From contig JAMCSQ010000044.1 in NCBI GenBank assembly GCA_023378805.1, forward strand, positions 1-49,520: 49,520 nt of DNA, written 5' to 3'. A model generated the notes under the pieces. That model did not search any database, was not told the DNA's origin, and saw only the letters and a program-made list of their open reading frames with translations. This stretch comes from Candidatus Parvarchaeota archaeon. GTDB lineage: Archaea > Nanobdellota > Nanobdellia > Parvarchaeales > Parvarchaeaceae. The translations under genes and the position numbers were made by a program. This document shows, one piece after another, positions 29,019 to 39,179 of this stretch (position 1 is the stretch's first letter; each line of letters opens with the position of its first letter).

Positions 29019-30440
29019 TCACTTTTTAGCCTTAGCTTTATTAGGCATGACTAATTTTGGAACTCCATGTACATGCTTATAAGAAGCTATTGCTATCTCC
29101 TCTAAGGTTAATCCCTTTGTTTCAGGTGTAAAGAATACAGTGAAGAAGAACACGAATAACATCAGTGCTAAAAGTATAAAGAAGAATCCTGATTTACCTA
29201 TCGTAAGGGTCAAGTAAGGAAATAGAAATGCTGAAGCGAACGATGCAATTCTGGTTATTCCGGTTGCACTTCCCATTGAAGATGATCTTAGCTTCGTAGG
29301 CAAAAGCTCTATTGCGTATAAACCCATAGTGTTTCCTGGACCTAAATTTCCAAGGCCATAATCAAATATGAATGCGATTATACCTATTGTTATCGCGATT
29401 GAAGCTGCTGCTGTTGCAGCTATAAAGAATAAAAGCATTGCCACGGCCATTCCTGCAAAACCTAATGCCTGTAATGGTCTTCTTCCTATCCTGTCATTAA
29501 GCATTACTGCACCGAAAGCTCCCAAAAAGCCTATCGGCATGTAAAATATAAATGAATATAAAAGAGATGTTGAACCTGCGACTCCTAGTCCTTTAAGTAT
29601 CAATGGCGAGTACAGTCCTATACCATAGCCTGCCAAATCATAGATTATCCACTGTGTCCAAACAACTGCTGTTCTCTTTCCGTATTCTCCTTTGAATAGT
29701 GCAGAAAATGAACCTGCGGCTATATTTGCTTCTTTTTGTCTTTCAGACAAGATAGCTTTAATATCCTGCTGGGTCATTCCTATCTTTTGAGCCACAGTCT
29801 TTACAACTTTATCACTAGCTTTTCCTTCATCTATTATCTTCCATCTTGCAGATTCAGGCATCCTTGTTCTAAGTATCACAGTTATGATTGCAGGTATTGC
29901 GCCTAATGCTAAAACCCATCTCCAGCTCGTTAATGGGTTGCTTAGGAAGAAGACATATCCTAATATGAATGCTGCTGCCGCACCTATGCTCCAAAATGTC
30001 CATACCCAGCCATATCCAGCACCTCTCTTCTTATTAGGGTACATTTCAGTAGTATAAACCGGGCTTAGTGCATAATCTGCCCCCACTCCCCAACCAACGA
30101 AGAATCTGAAGATTATCATTTCTGTTATATTTGTTGATAATGCTGATAATATTGCAAAGACTGCAAAGAAAACAAGATCAAAGATATAAAGATATCTCCT
30201 CCCTATTCTATCTGCATAATGACCAAATATTACTGCTCCTACAAATGCTCCAAGCAGTGCAGAACCAGTAACAAATGATTCTGTAAATGCGGAGTACTGG
30301 AATATTTTATAAGTGACTAAAACTAGAGTGAAAACGGATATTACACTGAGATCATAACCATCGAGAAAATAACCCATTGCTGAAAGGGTAGTTATTACGG
30401 AACGCCTTGGCACGTGAACGTTTTCAGCATTACTTTGCAT
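29019..30440 (-). CDS. MFS sugar-porter-like transporter (possible glycerophosphodiester uptake)
   Basis: DGYDL, ADRIGRR, RFFVGWGVGADY, PESARW, PETKG; follows glpK; ATG at 30440 preferred. Confidence 0.88.
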   Translation of the reverse strand: MQSNAENVHVPRRSVITTLSAMGYFLDGYDLSVISVFTLVLVTYKIFQYSAFTESFVTGSALLGAFVGAVIFGHYADRIGRRYLYIFDLVFFAVFAILSALSTNITEMIIFRFFVGWGVGADYALSPVYTTEMYPNKKRGAGYGWVWTFWSIGAAAAFILGYVFFLSNPLTSWRWVLALGAIPAIITVILRTRMPESARWKIIDEGKASDKVVKTVAQKIGMTQQDIKAILSERQKEANIAAGSFSALFKGEYGKRTAVVWTQWIIYDLAGYGIGLYSPLILKGLGVAGSTSLLYSFIFYMPIGFLGAFGAVMLNDRIGRRPLQALGFAGMAVAMLLFFIAATAAASIAITIGIIAFIFDYGLGNLGPGNTMGLYAIELLPTKLRSSSMGSATGITRIASFASAFLFPYLTLTIGKSGFFFILLALMLFVFFFTVFFTPETKGLTLEEIAIASYKHVHGVPKLVMPNKAKAKK

Positions 30441-30475
30441 AAATTTAACGATTTTTTTATTATATTTAAATCTTT

Positions 30476-31951
30476 CTATTCCCAATTTCTTGACCTTTCC
30501 ACTGCATCAAGCCATTTATCATATATAGTATTATAGGGTTTACTATCCGCTTTTGGATAAAAATACCTGCCAGATCTGTTTAAATTTTTTATTTTATTGA
30601 AATCCCATATACCTGAGGATATACCGGCGGACAATGCTGCGCCAAATGCGCTTTCTTCCACTAAATTCGACCTATAAATCCTTTTACCTAGCAAATTTGC
30701 TTGTAACTGCATTATATAGTCATTGTTTGCAACACCTCCATCAACGTTTATTTTATTATTGAAATTTTCCATCATTTTTACTATATCCACGACCTGCATA
30801 CATATGGAGTATACTGCAGCTCTTATAAAAGCAAGCTTGTTGGATTTTCTTGTTAATCCTATAATTATACCTCTTGCAGATTCATCCCAGTATGGGGAAA
30901 ATAACCCGCTAAACGCAGGTACTAAGAAAAGATTGGTATCTACTGAAGAGTTTATTGCAGCTCTAATCTCTGAGAGAGATTTCATTATACCAATTTCTTC
31001 CAACCAATCAAATATTTCACCGGATATCGGTACAGATCCTTCTAAAGCATATGTACAGTTATTTTTTCCTGTTCCATAAGCGCATGTGGTTAGAAGGCCC
31101 TTTTCTCTTTTTATCTCTCTGCCAGTGTTTTGAAGTACAAAGCTGCCTGTTCCGTATGTAATCTTTATATCAGAATTGAAAATTGCTCTTTCTCCAAGTA
31201 GTGCTGCCTGCTGATCTCCAAGTACTCCCATTATTTTAACCCCTTTAAAACCACTATAATTGATGATTCCAAATCCTTCATTGTTTATAGACGGCTTTAT
31301 TTCTGGCAGTATACTTTTAGGTATTTTGAAAATATCCAGCATCTCGGAATCCCATTCCTTGGTTCTTAAATTCATTAACAACGTTCTTGATGCATTTGTA
31401 TAATCTGTTAGATGATTTTTTCCACCAGTTAATTTCCATATAAGCCAACTGTCAATATTACCTGCCAATACGCGTTTTTCTCGGATTAGTTCCCTAACTT
31501 TATTTGAGTTATCAATTAACCACTTTATCTTAGAAGCAGAAAAATAACTACTCAGTTTTAGACCCGTTCTCTGCTTTATTTCCGTTTCGCCATTAGCATC
31601 TCTTATCCTTTTTATCAGGCCCTGCGTACGCACATCTTGCCATACTATTGCATTGCCCAAAGGCATTCCTGTTTTCTTATCCCATAATATTGTTGTCTCT
31701 CTTTGGTTGCTTATTCCCACCGCGGCAATATCTTTAGCTTCTAACTTTGCAGAATGAATGGCAGAGCTTAAAACAAATTTAACATTACTTAATATTTCCA
31801 AAGGATTGTGCTCTACCCAACCTTCCTTAGGCAGGATTTGTTTATGTCTCTTATATGCCTTACTTATGACCTTTCCAGTTATATCAAATATCAAACATTT
31901 TGTACCGGTTGTCCCCTGGTCTATTGCTGCTAAGTATCTATAATTTTGCAT
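30476..31951 (-). CDS. glpK: Glycerol kinase
   Basis: DQGTT, NQRETT, WQDVR, YFSASK, TDYTNASRT, GDQQAAL, TYGTGSF, VDGG. Confidence 0.95.
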   Translation of the reverse strand: MQNYRYLAAIDQGTTGTKCLIFDITGKVISKAYKRHKQILPKEGWVEHNPLEILSNVKFVLSSAIHSAKLEAKDIAAVGISNQRETTILWDKKTGMPLGNAIVWQDVRTQGLIKRIRDANGETEIKQRTGLKLSSYFSASKIKWLIDNSNKVRELIREKRVLAGNIDSWLIWKLTGGKNHLTDYTNASRTLLMNLRTKEWDSEMLDIFKIPKSILPEIKPSINNEGFGIINYSGFKGVKIMGVLGDQQAALLGERAIFNSDIKITYGTGSFVLQNTGREIKREKGLLTTCAYGTGKNNCTYALEGSVPISGEIFDWLEEIGIMKSLSEIRAAINSSVDTNLFLVPAFSGLFSPYWDESARGIIIGLTRKSNKLAFIRAAVYSICMQVVDIVKMMENFNNKINVDGGVANNDYIMQLQANLLGKRIYRSNLVEESAFGAALSAGISSGIWDFNKIKNLNRSGRYFYPKADSKPYNTIYDKWLDAVERSRNWE

Positions 31952-32672
31952 ACCTTTTAAGCATACGCAGTACAAGTCTTGGATTGTTTGAGGTTATACT
32001 ATCAACCTTTAGATCTATTGCCCGTTTTATTTCTTCCACTGTATCTACCGTCCAAGCCGCTACTTTAAAACCATTTTTTCTGGCAATTTCAATATCCTCC
32101 TGATAGATTAAATTAAATGAAGGCTGTAAAAAGTTGATTTTTAGGGTTTTAGCGATGTCAATAAACCAAGAGGATTTACCCGTGTAAAGTAAACCAGTTA
32201 TAATTGTTTTGTCCAATTCCCTAACAATTTCTAAAGAATCAAAGTCAAAGGATATTATTTGAACGTTATTTTTTAGATTAAACTCACTTATTAAATTCAA
32301 CATTTTTTCCTCTATGCCAGGATAAATCTTTGAACTTTGTTTTATTTCCAGATAATAATTTATTCTTCCCAGTCCCTCAAATACTTCCCGTAATGTAGAT
32401 ACTCTCGTTCCTTTCCATCTCTTACCAAACTTAAAACCGGCATCAAGCCTTTTAATCTCTTCGATAGTATGCAAATGAATCAAACCACTACCATTAGTAG
32501 TTCTATCTAATGTTTCATCGTGCATTACAATTAATTCGCCATCTTTGCTTGTATGAAGGTCCATTTCTACACCATAAACCCCTAGTTTTTTAGCAAGTTT
32601 AAATGATGGCAGCGTATTTTCTGGGGCTTCTATTGCAGCTCCCCTGTGTCCATAGACTAGTGGCATTCTCAT
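31938..32672 (-). CDS. Glycerophosphodiester phosphodiesterase (UgpQ/GlpQ family)
   Basis: GHRG, PENTL, EMDLH, HDETLDRTT, LEIK, WTVD; no signal peptide. Confidence 0.95.
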   Translation of the reverse strand: MRMPLVYGHRGAAIEAPENTLPSFKLAKKLGVYGVEMDLHTSKDGELIVMHDETLDRTTNGSGLIHLHTIEEIKRLDAGFKFGKRWKGTRVSTLREVFEGLGRINYYLEIKQSSKIYPGIEEKMLNLISEFNLKNNVQIISFDFDSLEIVRELDKTIITGLLYTGKSSWFIDIAKTLKINFLQPSFNLIYQEDIEIARKNGFKVAAWTVDTVEEIKRAIDLKVDSITSNNPRLVLRMLKRYAKL

Positions 32673-32730
32673 TTTAATTTGAGTATTTTAAAGAATTTAA
32701 CGCTATCCAAATGCAATTAAAAAAATAAAA

Positions 32731-33126
32731 CTACTTCTTTTTCTTCTTTGTTTTAAGAAACGCTACATACCTTAGAAAGGATTTTGGATGGTCTATGCTT
32801 GTAAATGTTACAAAGAAACAAGCAAGCGATAAAATTGCAACATCACTTAAAAACTCCCAAATACTTATAGGATTGATAAAAAAACTGGCTACGAAAGCAG
32901 ATATGAAGCCGATAGCCAGAGAGCTTCCGGTAATTACAAGAAACAGAAATGCAAGTATGTACCTCTTTGGGTTATTAAACATGTACGTACCAAAAAACCT
33001 GTTTGCTTCTTCTCTAGATCCATATCTGTAGGAAGATAACATAAAATAAACAAAGCCGAGAGTAGATACTAAAATCACTGTTCCTGAGATAATGCCCACA
33101 ACACCAAATATCTCATTTCCTGTCAT
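32731..33126 (-). CDS. Small 3-TM protein, B partner of repeated pair (copy 1)
   Basis: Three hydrophobic segments; ATGA overlap with 33123..33491. Confidence 0.7.
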   Translation of the reverse strand: MTGNEIFGVVGIISGTVILVSTLGFVYFMLSSYRYGSREEANRFFGTYMFNNPKRYILAFLFLVITGSSLAIGFISAFVASFFINPISIWEFLSDVAILSLACFFVTFTSIDHPKSFLRYVAFLKTKKKKK

Positions 33127-33491
33127 ATAAATCGTTTAAACCTTGTATACCAAAAATGCATGTCCAAGATAATAAAAACTGCCGTAATTACCGCAAAAAT
33201 AAAACCCAAAAAGGACGTGGAATACTGCAGAACTGTTGTTGGATTAAATCCTCCGTCAAGAAAATCTGAAAAAGCCATCAATCCTGTAAGAAAGGCAAAT
33301 AAACCTGCAAATACAAAATAAGGAGTTCTTGTTTTTTCTGGATTCAAAAGATAACTTGACAGAGGTGCTCGGTCTTTTATGTGCTTTATCAATGCTCTTA
33401 AAATTATCATACCATAATAAACTGCGAAAATGCCAAGTATGCTCAGCAGTCCAAAAATCACCTCATCTGCTGTTTTTATGTATAACATCAT
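33123..33491 (-). CDS. Small 3-TM protein, A member of repeated pair (copy 1)
   Basis: KHIKDRAPLSSYLLN loop and terminal WYTRFKRFI shared with copies 2 and 3. Confidence 0.8.
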   Translation of the reverse strand: MMLYIKTADEVIFGLLSILGIFAVYYGMIILRALIKHIKDRAPLSSYLLNPEKTRTPYFVFAGLFAFLTGLMAFSDFLDGGFNPTTVLQYSTSFLGFIFAVITAVFIILDMHFWYTRFKRFI

Positions 33492-33889
33492 ATAACTCCG
33501 TAGTAAGCAATTAAAATCATGATTGTTGTAAGGACTGCAGTAGAGATAAGTGAATAAGTAATTAAAACTCCTGCCTCCTTCAAGTCAACAAGATGCAATG
33601 CTTTATTCTTTACTGAACCTTTTTTAGTATGGGAAATTAAATATACTCCGTTAATAGCATTTGCAACGCAGAACCTCTTATACCCCTGGTAAAAACCTAT
33701 AAAACCCAAAAATAAAGGAAACGCTAATAAAATAAAAAATAGATAATTTACTTTAAAAATTGAAAGAAAGATTGCAAGAATTACAAAAACAACGAAACCT
33801 GCAAGCCCTCCAATGTATCTTTTCCTTATCTCTTTAGGACCTATATTACACTTCCCAGGGGAGTAATTATCCGGCCTATTCTCGCTCAT
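33488..33889 (-). CDS. Small membrane protein, YgaP/DUF2892-like
   Basis: CNIGPKEIRKR then two TM then RFC; ATGA overlap with next gene. Confidence 0.6.
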   Translation of the reverse strand: MSENRPDNYSPGKCNIGPKEIRKRYIGGLAGFVVFVILAIFLSIFKVNYLFFILLAFPLFLGFIGFYQGYKRFCVANAINGVYLISHTKKGSVKNKALHLVDLKEAGVLITYSLISTAVLTTIMILIAYYGVI

Positions 33890-33983
33890 AACATCAGTAA
33901 TATTTACACGTTAATAAACTATTTGGCATTGACAAATAGATAAGGAAGATACTAATAACAAAGAATAATCTATTAGACTACAA

Positions 33984-34784
33984 TTATAAGTATTTTATTT
34001 GATAATAGATAGCGTCAATAGAAGAGGCTTTTTCGGTTGGAGTGTATGGCTTTTCGTTTTTTTCGCTTTTAGCATTCATTATCCAGATAGAGTCTATACC
34101 ATTCTCATTGGCCATTTTTATATCTGTGTTTATTCTGTCCCCTACTATCAGTATCCTGTTCCTTTTAATTTTATATTTTTTTGCAATATAATCTATGGTG
34201 GACTTGAATGGTTTTCCGAATGTGTAATCAGGTTCCCTTTTTACGGCCTGTGTTATAAGCGTTATTATCAAACCGGCATCTGGTATTTCTTTTCCTCTCT
34301 TATAAGGGCATAAAGGGTCGTTATGTGTCAGTAGAAACTTGGCTCCTTTATTTAGATGAGCTATGTTTCTTCTTAATTTTTCATAAGTGAGATTTACATC
34401 AAATCCGACTATTACTATCTCAGGATTTTCCTTATCAAATATAAATCCCTTTAACAAAAGTTCTCTTAGGAAATCATTTGATATTACTCCATCAAATCTT
34501 TTGATTTTCTTTTTAATTAAAAAATCTTCTACCAAATCATTTGGGAGTAGTAACTGTTCTTCTTTTAAATTAATCTTTAATATTTTACCTAGAGCCCTTA
34601 ACCTTTTTTCCTTGCTTTCTGAATCGTTATTGCTTAGAATTATGAACTTTTTGCCCATTTGAATCAATTTACTTAAAAATGCGGAAGAGGATGAAAAAGG
34701 AGTATCCCAAAGATATAATGTTCCATCGCCATCTAAAAGAAGGAGATCTTTATTTTTTATAAGCTCTTTTATCTTATTACCCAT
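33984..34784 (-). CDS. HAD-IIA (NagD-like) phosphatase
   Basis: DGDGTL, SNN, PDAG, GKP, VGDRINTDI. Confidence 0.92.
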   Translation of the reverse strand: MGNKIKELIKNKDLLLLDGDGTLYLWDTPFSSSSAFLSKLIQMGKKFIILSNNDSESKEKRLRALGKILKINLKEEQLLLPNDLVEDFLIKKKIKRFDGVISNDFLRELLLKGFIFDKENPEIVIVGFDVNLTYEKLRRNIAHLNKGAKFLLTHNDPLCPYKRGKEIPDAGLIITLITQAVKREPDYTFGKPFKSTIDYIAKKYKIKRNRILIVGDRINTDIKMANENGIDSIWIMNAKSEKNEKPYTPTEKASSIDAIYYQIKYL

Positions 34785-34820
34785 TTATTTAAATACCTCA
34801 TTTTATACTTTTATACCATC

Positions 34821-36023
34821 CTAATTACCACTACCTTTCTTTATAAGGAATACTGGAACTGCGATTGCAAGTGATACTGCGCCGAATAAGAACAGTATAA
34901 GCATTGATGACCATACCGAAGTAAATGGCGCATTAAAAACGACCACCTGTCTGAAAGCTTCAACACCGTAAGTCAACGGGAGGAATTTCGCTATATCTGC
35001 TATAACTGAAGGTAATTCCTGCAAGGGATAAAGCACTCCGCTTAAAAACAGCATAGGAAAGAAAACAAGGTTTAACAATAGCTGAGAAGTTTCCTGGTCT
35101 TTAGTCAGTGCAGTTACTAAAAGCCCTAAGCCAAGGAAACCAAATATTCCAAGTATAAGTATGGCAGCAGTAAGTAAAATGTTTCCATTGAAGCTCATGT
35201 GAAATAAAAGAATTACAAGAATAACTACTACCGCAGACTGTATTAAACTCCTTACCAGCTGTGAAAGCATCTTTCCGGTTAAAAAAGAACCTGTTCTTAT
35301 AGGTGAAAGCATTACAGCAGTTATAGTCCCGTCTTCTTTTTCTCTACTTAACGCTGAACCTAATGCGGTTAATCCCGCCATCATGCTAAGAAGCATTATT
35401 AGCCCCGGGCCTATAAAATCAAAATAATTGCCAGAAAGTATGGGTACAGAACTTACTACGAGAGGCGAAATTACAAATTCTGGGTTTATTTTCGGTAAAC
35501 CTACCAGCTCAGAATTCAATTTAGAAACAGTTCCATTGACTATTTCTGCAGAAAGTACAGTTGATGCTACGGATACTTTAGCATTTATATATTCCTCCAA
35601 TGTTGGAGAGGTTGGGTTTGTTACCAGTTTTAATTGCGTTGGTTGACCAGAAAGGCTTACGCTTGTGAAATTTGCGGGAAAATAGAGAATAGAGTCTATG
35701 GCACCGCTTCTTAAAGCTGATTCGGCTAAAGCCATCGAAGAATAGTTACTAAAAGTAATGCTTGAGTTGTACTTTACAAGTGAAATGAAGGAATTGCTTA
35801 AGTATATTGTATGGCTGTTAAAAGTAAATCCGCTATCGTTGTTTACTATACCTATATGAATGCCGTTGAAGCTAGAAGTAGAAGGAAACATAAAACCAAA
35901 TAGCATTATTATAAGAACAGGGAAAACAAACATCATGACAAGCCTAAAAGGTGTTCTGTAAAGTTCAATCAAATCCCTTTTGGCAATTATAAAAGCATCA
36001 TTTAAGGCTTTGAATACCATCAC
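34821..36023 (-). CDS. ABC-2 exporter permease with extracellular domain
   Basis: One TM, ectodomain, then 5 TM; REKEDGT, LSGVLYP, PLTY. Confidence 0.9.
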   Translation of the reverse strand: MMVFKALNDAFIIAKRDLIELYRTPFRLVMMFVFPVLIIMLFGFMFPSTSSFNGIHIGIVNNDSGFTFNSHTIYLSNSFISLVKYNSSITFSNYSSMALAESALRSGAIDSILYFPANFTSVSLSGQPTQLKLVTNPTSPTLEEYINAKVSVASTVLSAEIVNGTVSKLNSELVGLPKINPEFVISPLVVSSVPILSGNYFDFIGPGLIMLLSMMAGLTALGSALSREKEDGTITAVMLSPIRTGSFLTGKMLSQLVRSLIQSAVVVILVILLFHMSFNGNILLTAAILILGIFGFLGLGLLVTALTKDQETSQLLLNLVFFPMLFLSGVLYPLQELPSVIADIAKFLPLTYGVEAFRQVVVFNAPFTSVWSSMLILFLFGAVSLAIAVPVFLIKKGSGN

Positions 36024-36799
36024 ATACCCCTCCTTGGAGCTAGACTCATCTTTTCAGTTTCATCTCTTAATTCTTTACCTGCATAATGTATAAAAACGTT
36101 TTCCAAAGTCGCATTTTTCCCTAGTTTTTTCTTAAGATTCTTAGGGGTATCACAGGCCATTAAATTACCATGATCTATCAGTGCAATTCTGTCAGAAAGT
36201 TCGTCTGCATCCTGCATTATATGTGTTGTAAGTATTATAGTACTCCCTTTTCTGTTTATGTCCTTTATTTTTTTCTTTATAAACGAAACGGTTATTGGGT
36301 CTAGACCAACAGTTGGCTCATCCAAAAAGAATACTTTTGGCTCGTTCAGCAGAACCCTAACAAGGTCTAATCTCCTCTTCATACCTAAAGAAAATGTGCC
36401 TACGGGCCTTTTTCTGAATTTTGACAGCGCAAACTCTTCCAAACCAACTGTTATCCTTTCCTCGAGCTCTTTCCTGTTTATTCCGTATAATCTTCCAAAA
36501 AACATTAAATTCTCTTCTGCAGTAAGCGGTGGATACATAGTAACCTTTTCCGTTATAACTCCTATAGACTTTCTAACTTCTAATGCGTCTTTTATTACAT
36601 CATACCCAAGTACAGATGCATATCCGCTTGTAGGCTTTATCAATGTAGTAAGCATGCTTATCAAAGTAGTTTTTCCAGCTCCATTTGGACCAAGAATGCC
36701 GAATATCTCTCCTTTTTTTACTTTTAAACTAATTGCATTATCAGCAGTAAACTCTCCGAATTTCTTCGTCAGTTTATCTGCGATTATAGAATATTCCAT
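36020..36799 (-). CDS. ABC exporter ATPase (DrrA-like)
   Basis: GPNGAGKT, FSLGM, LDEPT, TTH. Confidence 0.95.
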   Translation of the reverse strand: MEYSIIADKLTKKFGEFTADNAISLKVKKGEIFGILGPNGAGKTTLISMLTTLIKPTSGYASVLGYDVIKDALEVRKSIGVITEKVTMYPPLTAEENLMFFGRLYGINRKELEERITVGLEEFALSKFRKRPVGTFSLGMKRRLDLVRVLLNEPKVFFLDEPTVGLDPITVSFIKKKIKDINRKGSTIILTTHIMQDADELSDRIALIDHGNLMACDTPKNLKKKLGKNATLENVFIHYAGKELRDETEKMSLAPRRGM

Positions 36800-36801
36800 G
36801 A

Positions 36802-37569
36802 TTATTCTGCTTTAAGCCATTTCCTAGATAAAAATGCTCCTATCCCCAAAAATAGAAAACAGAATATAACCAGATACAGAAGGAACAGAAAGTTTGTAGG
36901 GGTATTCAGCACAAATGACCTGCCTAATCCAGCAGCGAATGATAAGGGATTTACTGAGCTTATATCTCTCATCCATCCAGGAAATATGGTGGAAGGGAAA
37001 AGTGCAGTGCTTGAAAACATAAGCGGCAGATTTATGAGATTAGAAACGACTCCGGGAGTCTGCCAGTCATTAGAACGCATTGTTATTATTGAATATATTG
37101 ATGCCATGCCTACACCTAAAAGAAGCAGACCCAAGATCCAGACTACTAAGCTCAATATATTCAAGTGAAAGACAACACCGAAGGCAAGACTTACAAGCAT
37201 CATTATCGGGATAGACAGCAAACCCCTTGTAGACGCCCCAAAAACTTTTCCGAAGAAGATAGATTCCTTTGGTGCTTTTGTAACAAGTATCCTCTTCAAA
37301 AATCCGAACCTTTTGTCTTGTATCATACTCATTGAACTAAACATGCCTACAAATATCATAGAAGCTGCAAGCTCACCCGGGAGCAAAAAAGCTATATAAT
37401 TTGTGGTGTGGAAAAAACTGGATAAAAAACTCGATGGAACGTGCGAAAAACTGCTACCGAAAAAAACCAGCCACATTATAGGTTGTACTATCATCATAGC
37501 TACAACTGCCTTGTTCCTAAAGGTTTTCTTAACTTCCCTGATAAATAAGGCCCAGGTTTCCTGTATCAT
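36802..37569 (-). CDS. ABC-2 exporter permease (DrrB-like)
   Basis: DKRFGFLK, PLMFSS, NPLSF; 6 TM. Confidence 0.9.
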   Translation of the reverse strand: MIQETWALFIREVKKTFRNKAVVAMMIVQPIMWLVFFGSSFSHVPSSFLSSFFHTTNYIAFLLPGELAASMIFVGMFSSMSMIQDKRFGFLKRILVTKAPKESIFFGKVFGASTRGLLSIPIMMLVSLAFGVVFHLNILSLVVWILGLLLLGVGMASIYSIITMRSNDWQTPGVVSNLINLPLMFSSTALFPSTIFPGWMRDISSVNPLSFAAGLGRSFVLNTPTNFLFLLYLVIFCFLFLGIGAFLSRKWLKAE

Positions 37570-38534
37570 TGCATGTTCCTCCGTACCATTGAATAAAACT
37601 TGCGGTAATCTACTGATTCCTCAGTTTCCTTTATAGTTGAGCCGGTTAACTTTAAGAATACGCTGTCTAGACTTGGAGTTATAAGGTTTATTGATTTAAG
37701 ATTTTCCAGATTTATTGACCTGAGTACATCAAGCATGTTATCCTTTGAGCTTATTTCTATCAAGATTTTGTTTTTATTTTTTTCTAATATATGAAAATTC
37801 TTTAATGATGAAATATCAAAACCATTGTTAACTTCCAGGCTTACTGCATACCCCCCTGCCTTCTGCTTTAATTCGGTTGGTGACCCCAAAGCTATTATTT
37901 TACCGCGTGATATTATTGCAATCCTGTCACATAACTGGTCCGCTTCTTCCATATAGTGCGTTGTAAGAAATACAGTCACCTTATACTCATTTTTTATGAT
38001 AAGTATAAGATCCCAAAGCATCTTTCTGGTTCCTACATCTAAACCTATCGTAGGTTCATCCATAAATATTACTTCTGGAGAATTCAGCAAGGCCATAGCT
38101 ATCTCCAGTTTCTTTCTCATTCCGGTAGAAAACTTGCCCACGTTTTTGTATTTAAATTCTGTCAATTCAAAGTATCTCAAAAGATTATCGGCATTTTCTT
38201 CCCAATTTGTTATCCCCTGCAAAGCAGCTTGCAAACCCAGATTTTCCCATGCATTCAAATCATCATCGAGTATTATTTCTGCAGAGACCCACCCTATGTT
38301 TCTTTTAACTTCTTTTTGCTGCTTGATTATGTCATAACCTGCTACAGATGCATTTCCGCTTGTTGGGGGACTTAAAGTAGTAAGCAGCTTTATAGTAGTA
38401 GTTTTTCCTGCTCCATTTGGACCAAGCAGGCCGAATATTTCTCCTTTCTTAACAGCAAAGGATATGTTATCTACGGCCTTAAAATTGCCGTATTGTTTGC
38501 TAAGGTTTCTCACGTCAACAGTTATTTCATCCAT
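37566..38534 (-). CDS. ABC exporter ATPase (DrrA-like)
   Basis: GPNGAGKT, FSTGM, MDEPT, TTHYMEEAD. Confidence 0.95.
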   Translation of the reverse strand: MDEITVDVRNLSKQYGNFKAVDNISFAVKKGEIFGLLGPNGAGKTTTIKLLTTLSPPTSGNASVAGYDIIKQQKEVKRNIGWVSAEIILDDDLNAWENLGLQAALQGITNWEENADNLLRYFELTEFKYKNVGKFSTGMRKKLEIAMALLNSPEVIFMDEPTIGLDVGTRKMLWDLILIIKNEYKVTVFLTTHYMEEADQLCDRIAIISRGKIIALGSPTELKQKAGGYAVSLEVNNGFDISSLKNFHILEKNKNKILIEISSKDNMLDVLRSINLENLKSINLITPSLDSVFLKLTGSTIKETEESVDYRKFYSMVRRNMQ

Positions 38535-38535
38535 A

Positions 38536-39054
38536 TCACTTTAGTATACTGTGCAGCCTACTATCTATTTTTTCCAGTGTTTTCTTGTTTTCCTTACTGA
38601 GAAGCTTTTCCTTTTCAAATATAAACTCAGATAAGTTATCTAGAGTCTCTATTGTTTCGTCTATGCTTGTGCTTTCATCCTTATTCATGAATGAAGAAGC
38701 AGACCTCCAGGGGAACCATGAGCTGTCTAGGTACTCTTTTCCTCTATCAGTGATCAAATAATATTTTTTATTGTCTTTTTGTTCTACTTTTACAAAACCG
38801 CTTTCAGATAGGTATTTTAATATCGAATAAATACTGCCTGGCGAAGGCCTCCAAAAGCCAAAACTCATTTCATAGATTTTATCTATCATCTGTGCACCAG
38901 TCATTTTCTCCTTTGAAACAAGCATTAATATCCAATACTTTATCCCAAACCCACGGCTTATACCATGCATGGAATGTGCAATTTTATGTACTATATTTGG
39001 GTCTATATTGAACCCAAAATTTATTTCATTAAAATTATCTTCTTTGTTTTTCAT
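38536..39054 (-). CDS. PadR-family regulator heading the ABC operon
   Basis: WRPSPGSIY, KKYYLITDRG. Confidence 0.92.
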   Translation of the reverse strand: MKNKEDNFNEINFGFNIDPNIVHKIAHSMHGISRGFGIKYWILMLVSKEKMTGAQMIDKIYEMSFGFWRPSPGSIYSILKYLSESGFVKVEQKDNKKYYLITDRGKEYLDSSWFPWRSASSFMNKDESTSIDETIETLDNLSEFIFEKEKLLSKENKKTLEKIDSRLHSILK

Positions 39055-39069
39055 ATTTTATACCTTACA

Positions 39070-39099
39070 ATATCGTTTTACGATATCTATTAAAGATAT
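39070..39099. promoter_or_regulatory. Tandem palindromic operator, probably PadR autoregulatory
   Basis: ATATCG-N5-CGATAT (39070-39086) overlapping ATATCT-N5-AGATAT (39083-39099), just upstream of padR. Confidence 0.55.
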
Positions 39100-39179
39100 A
39101 TTTAATATTTAAATACTTTTCTACAACTACATAAAAAATTTTATATACTATAACTGCGTTATATCGATTAGGTGATTTT

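Noticed and set aside
34821..39054. Doubled ABC ATPase/permease operon as novel
   Set aside because: PadR plus DrrAB-like exporters are common.
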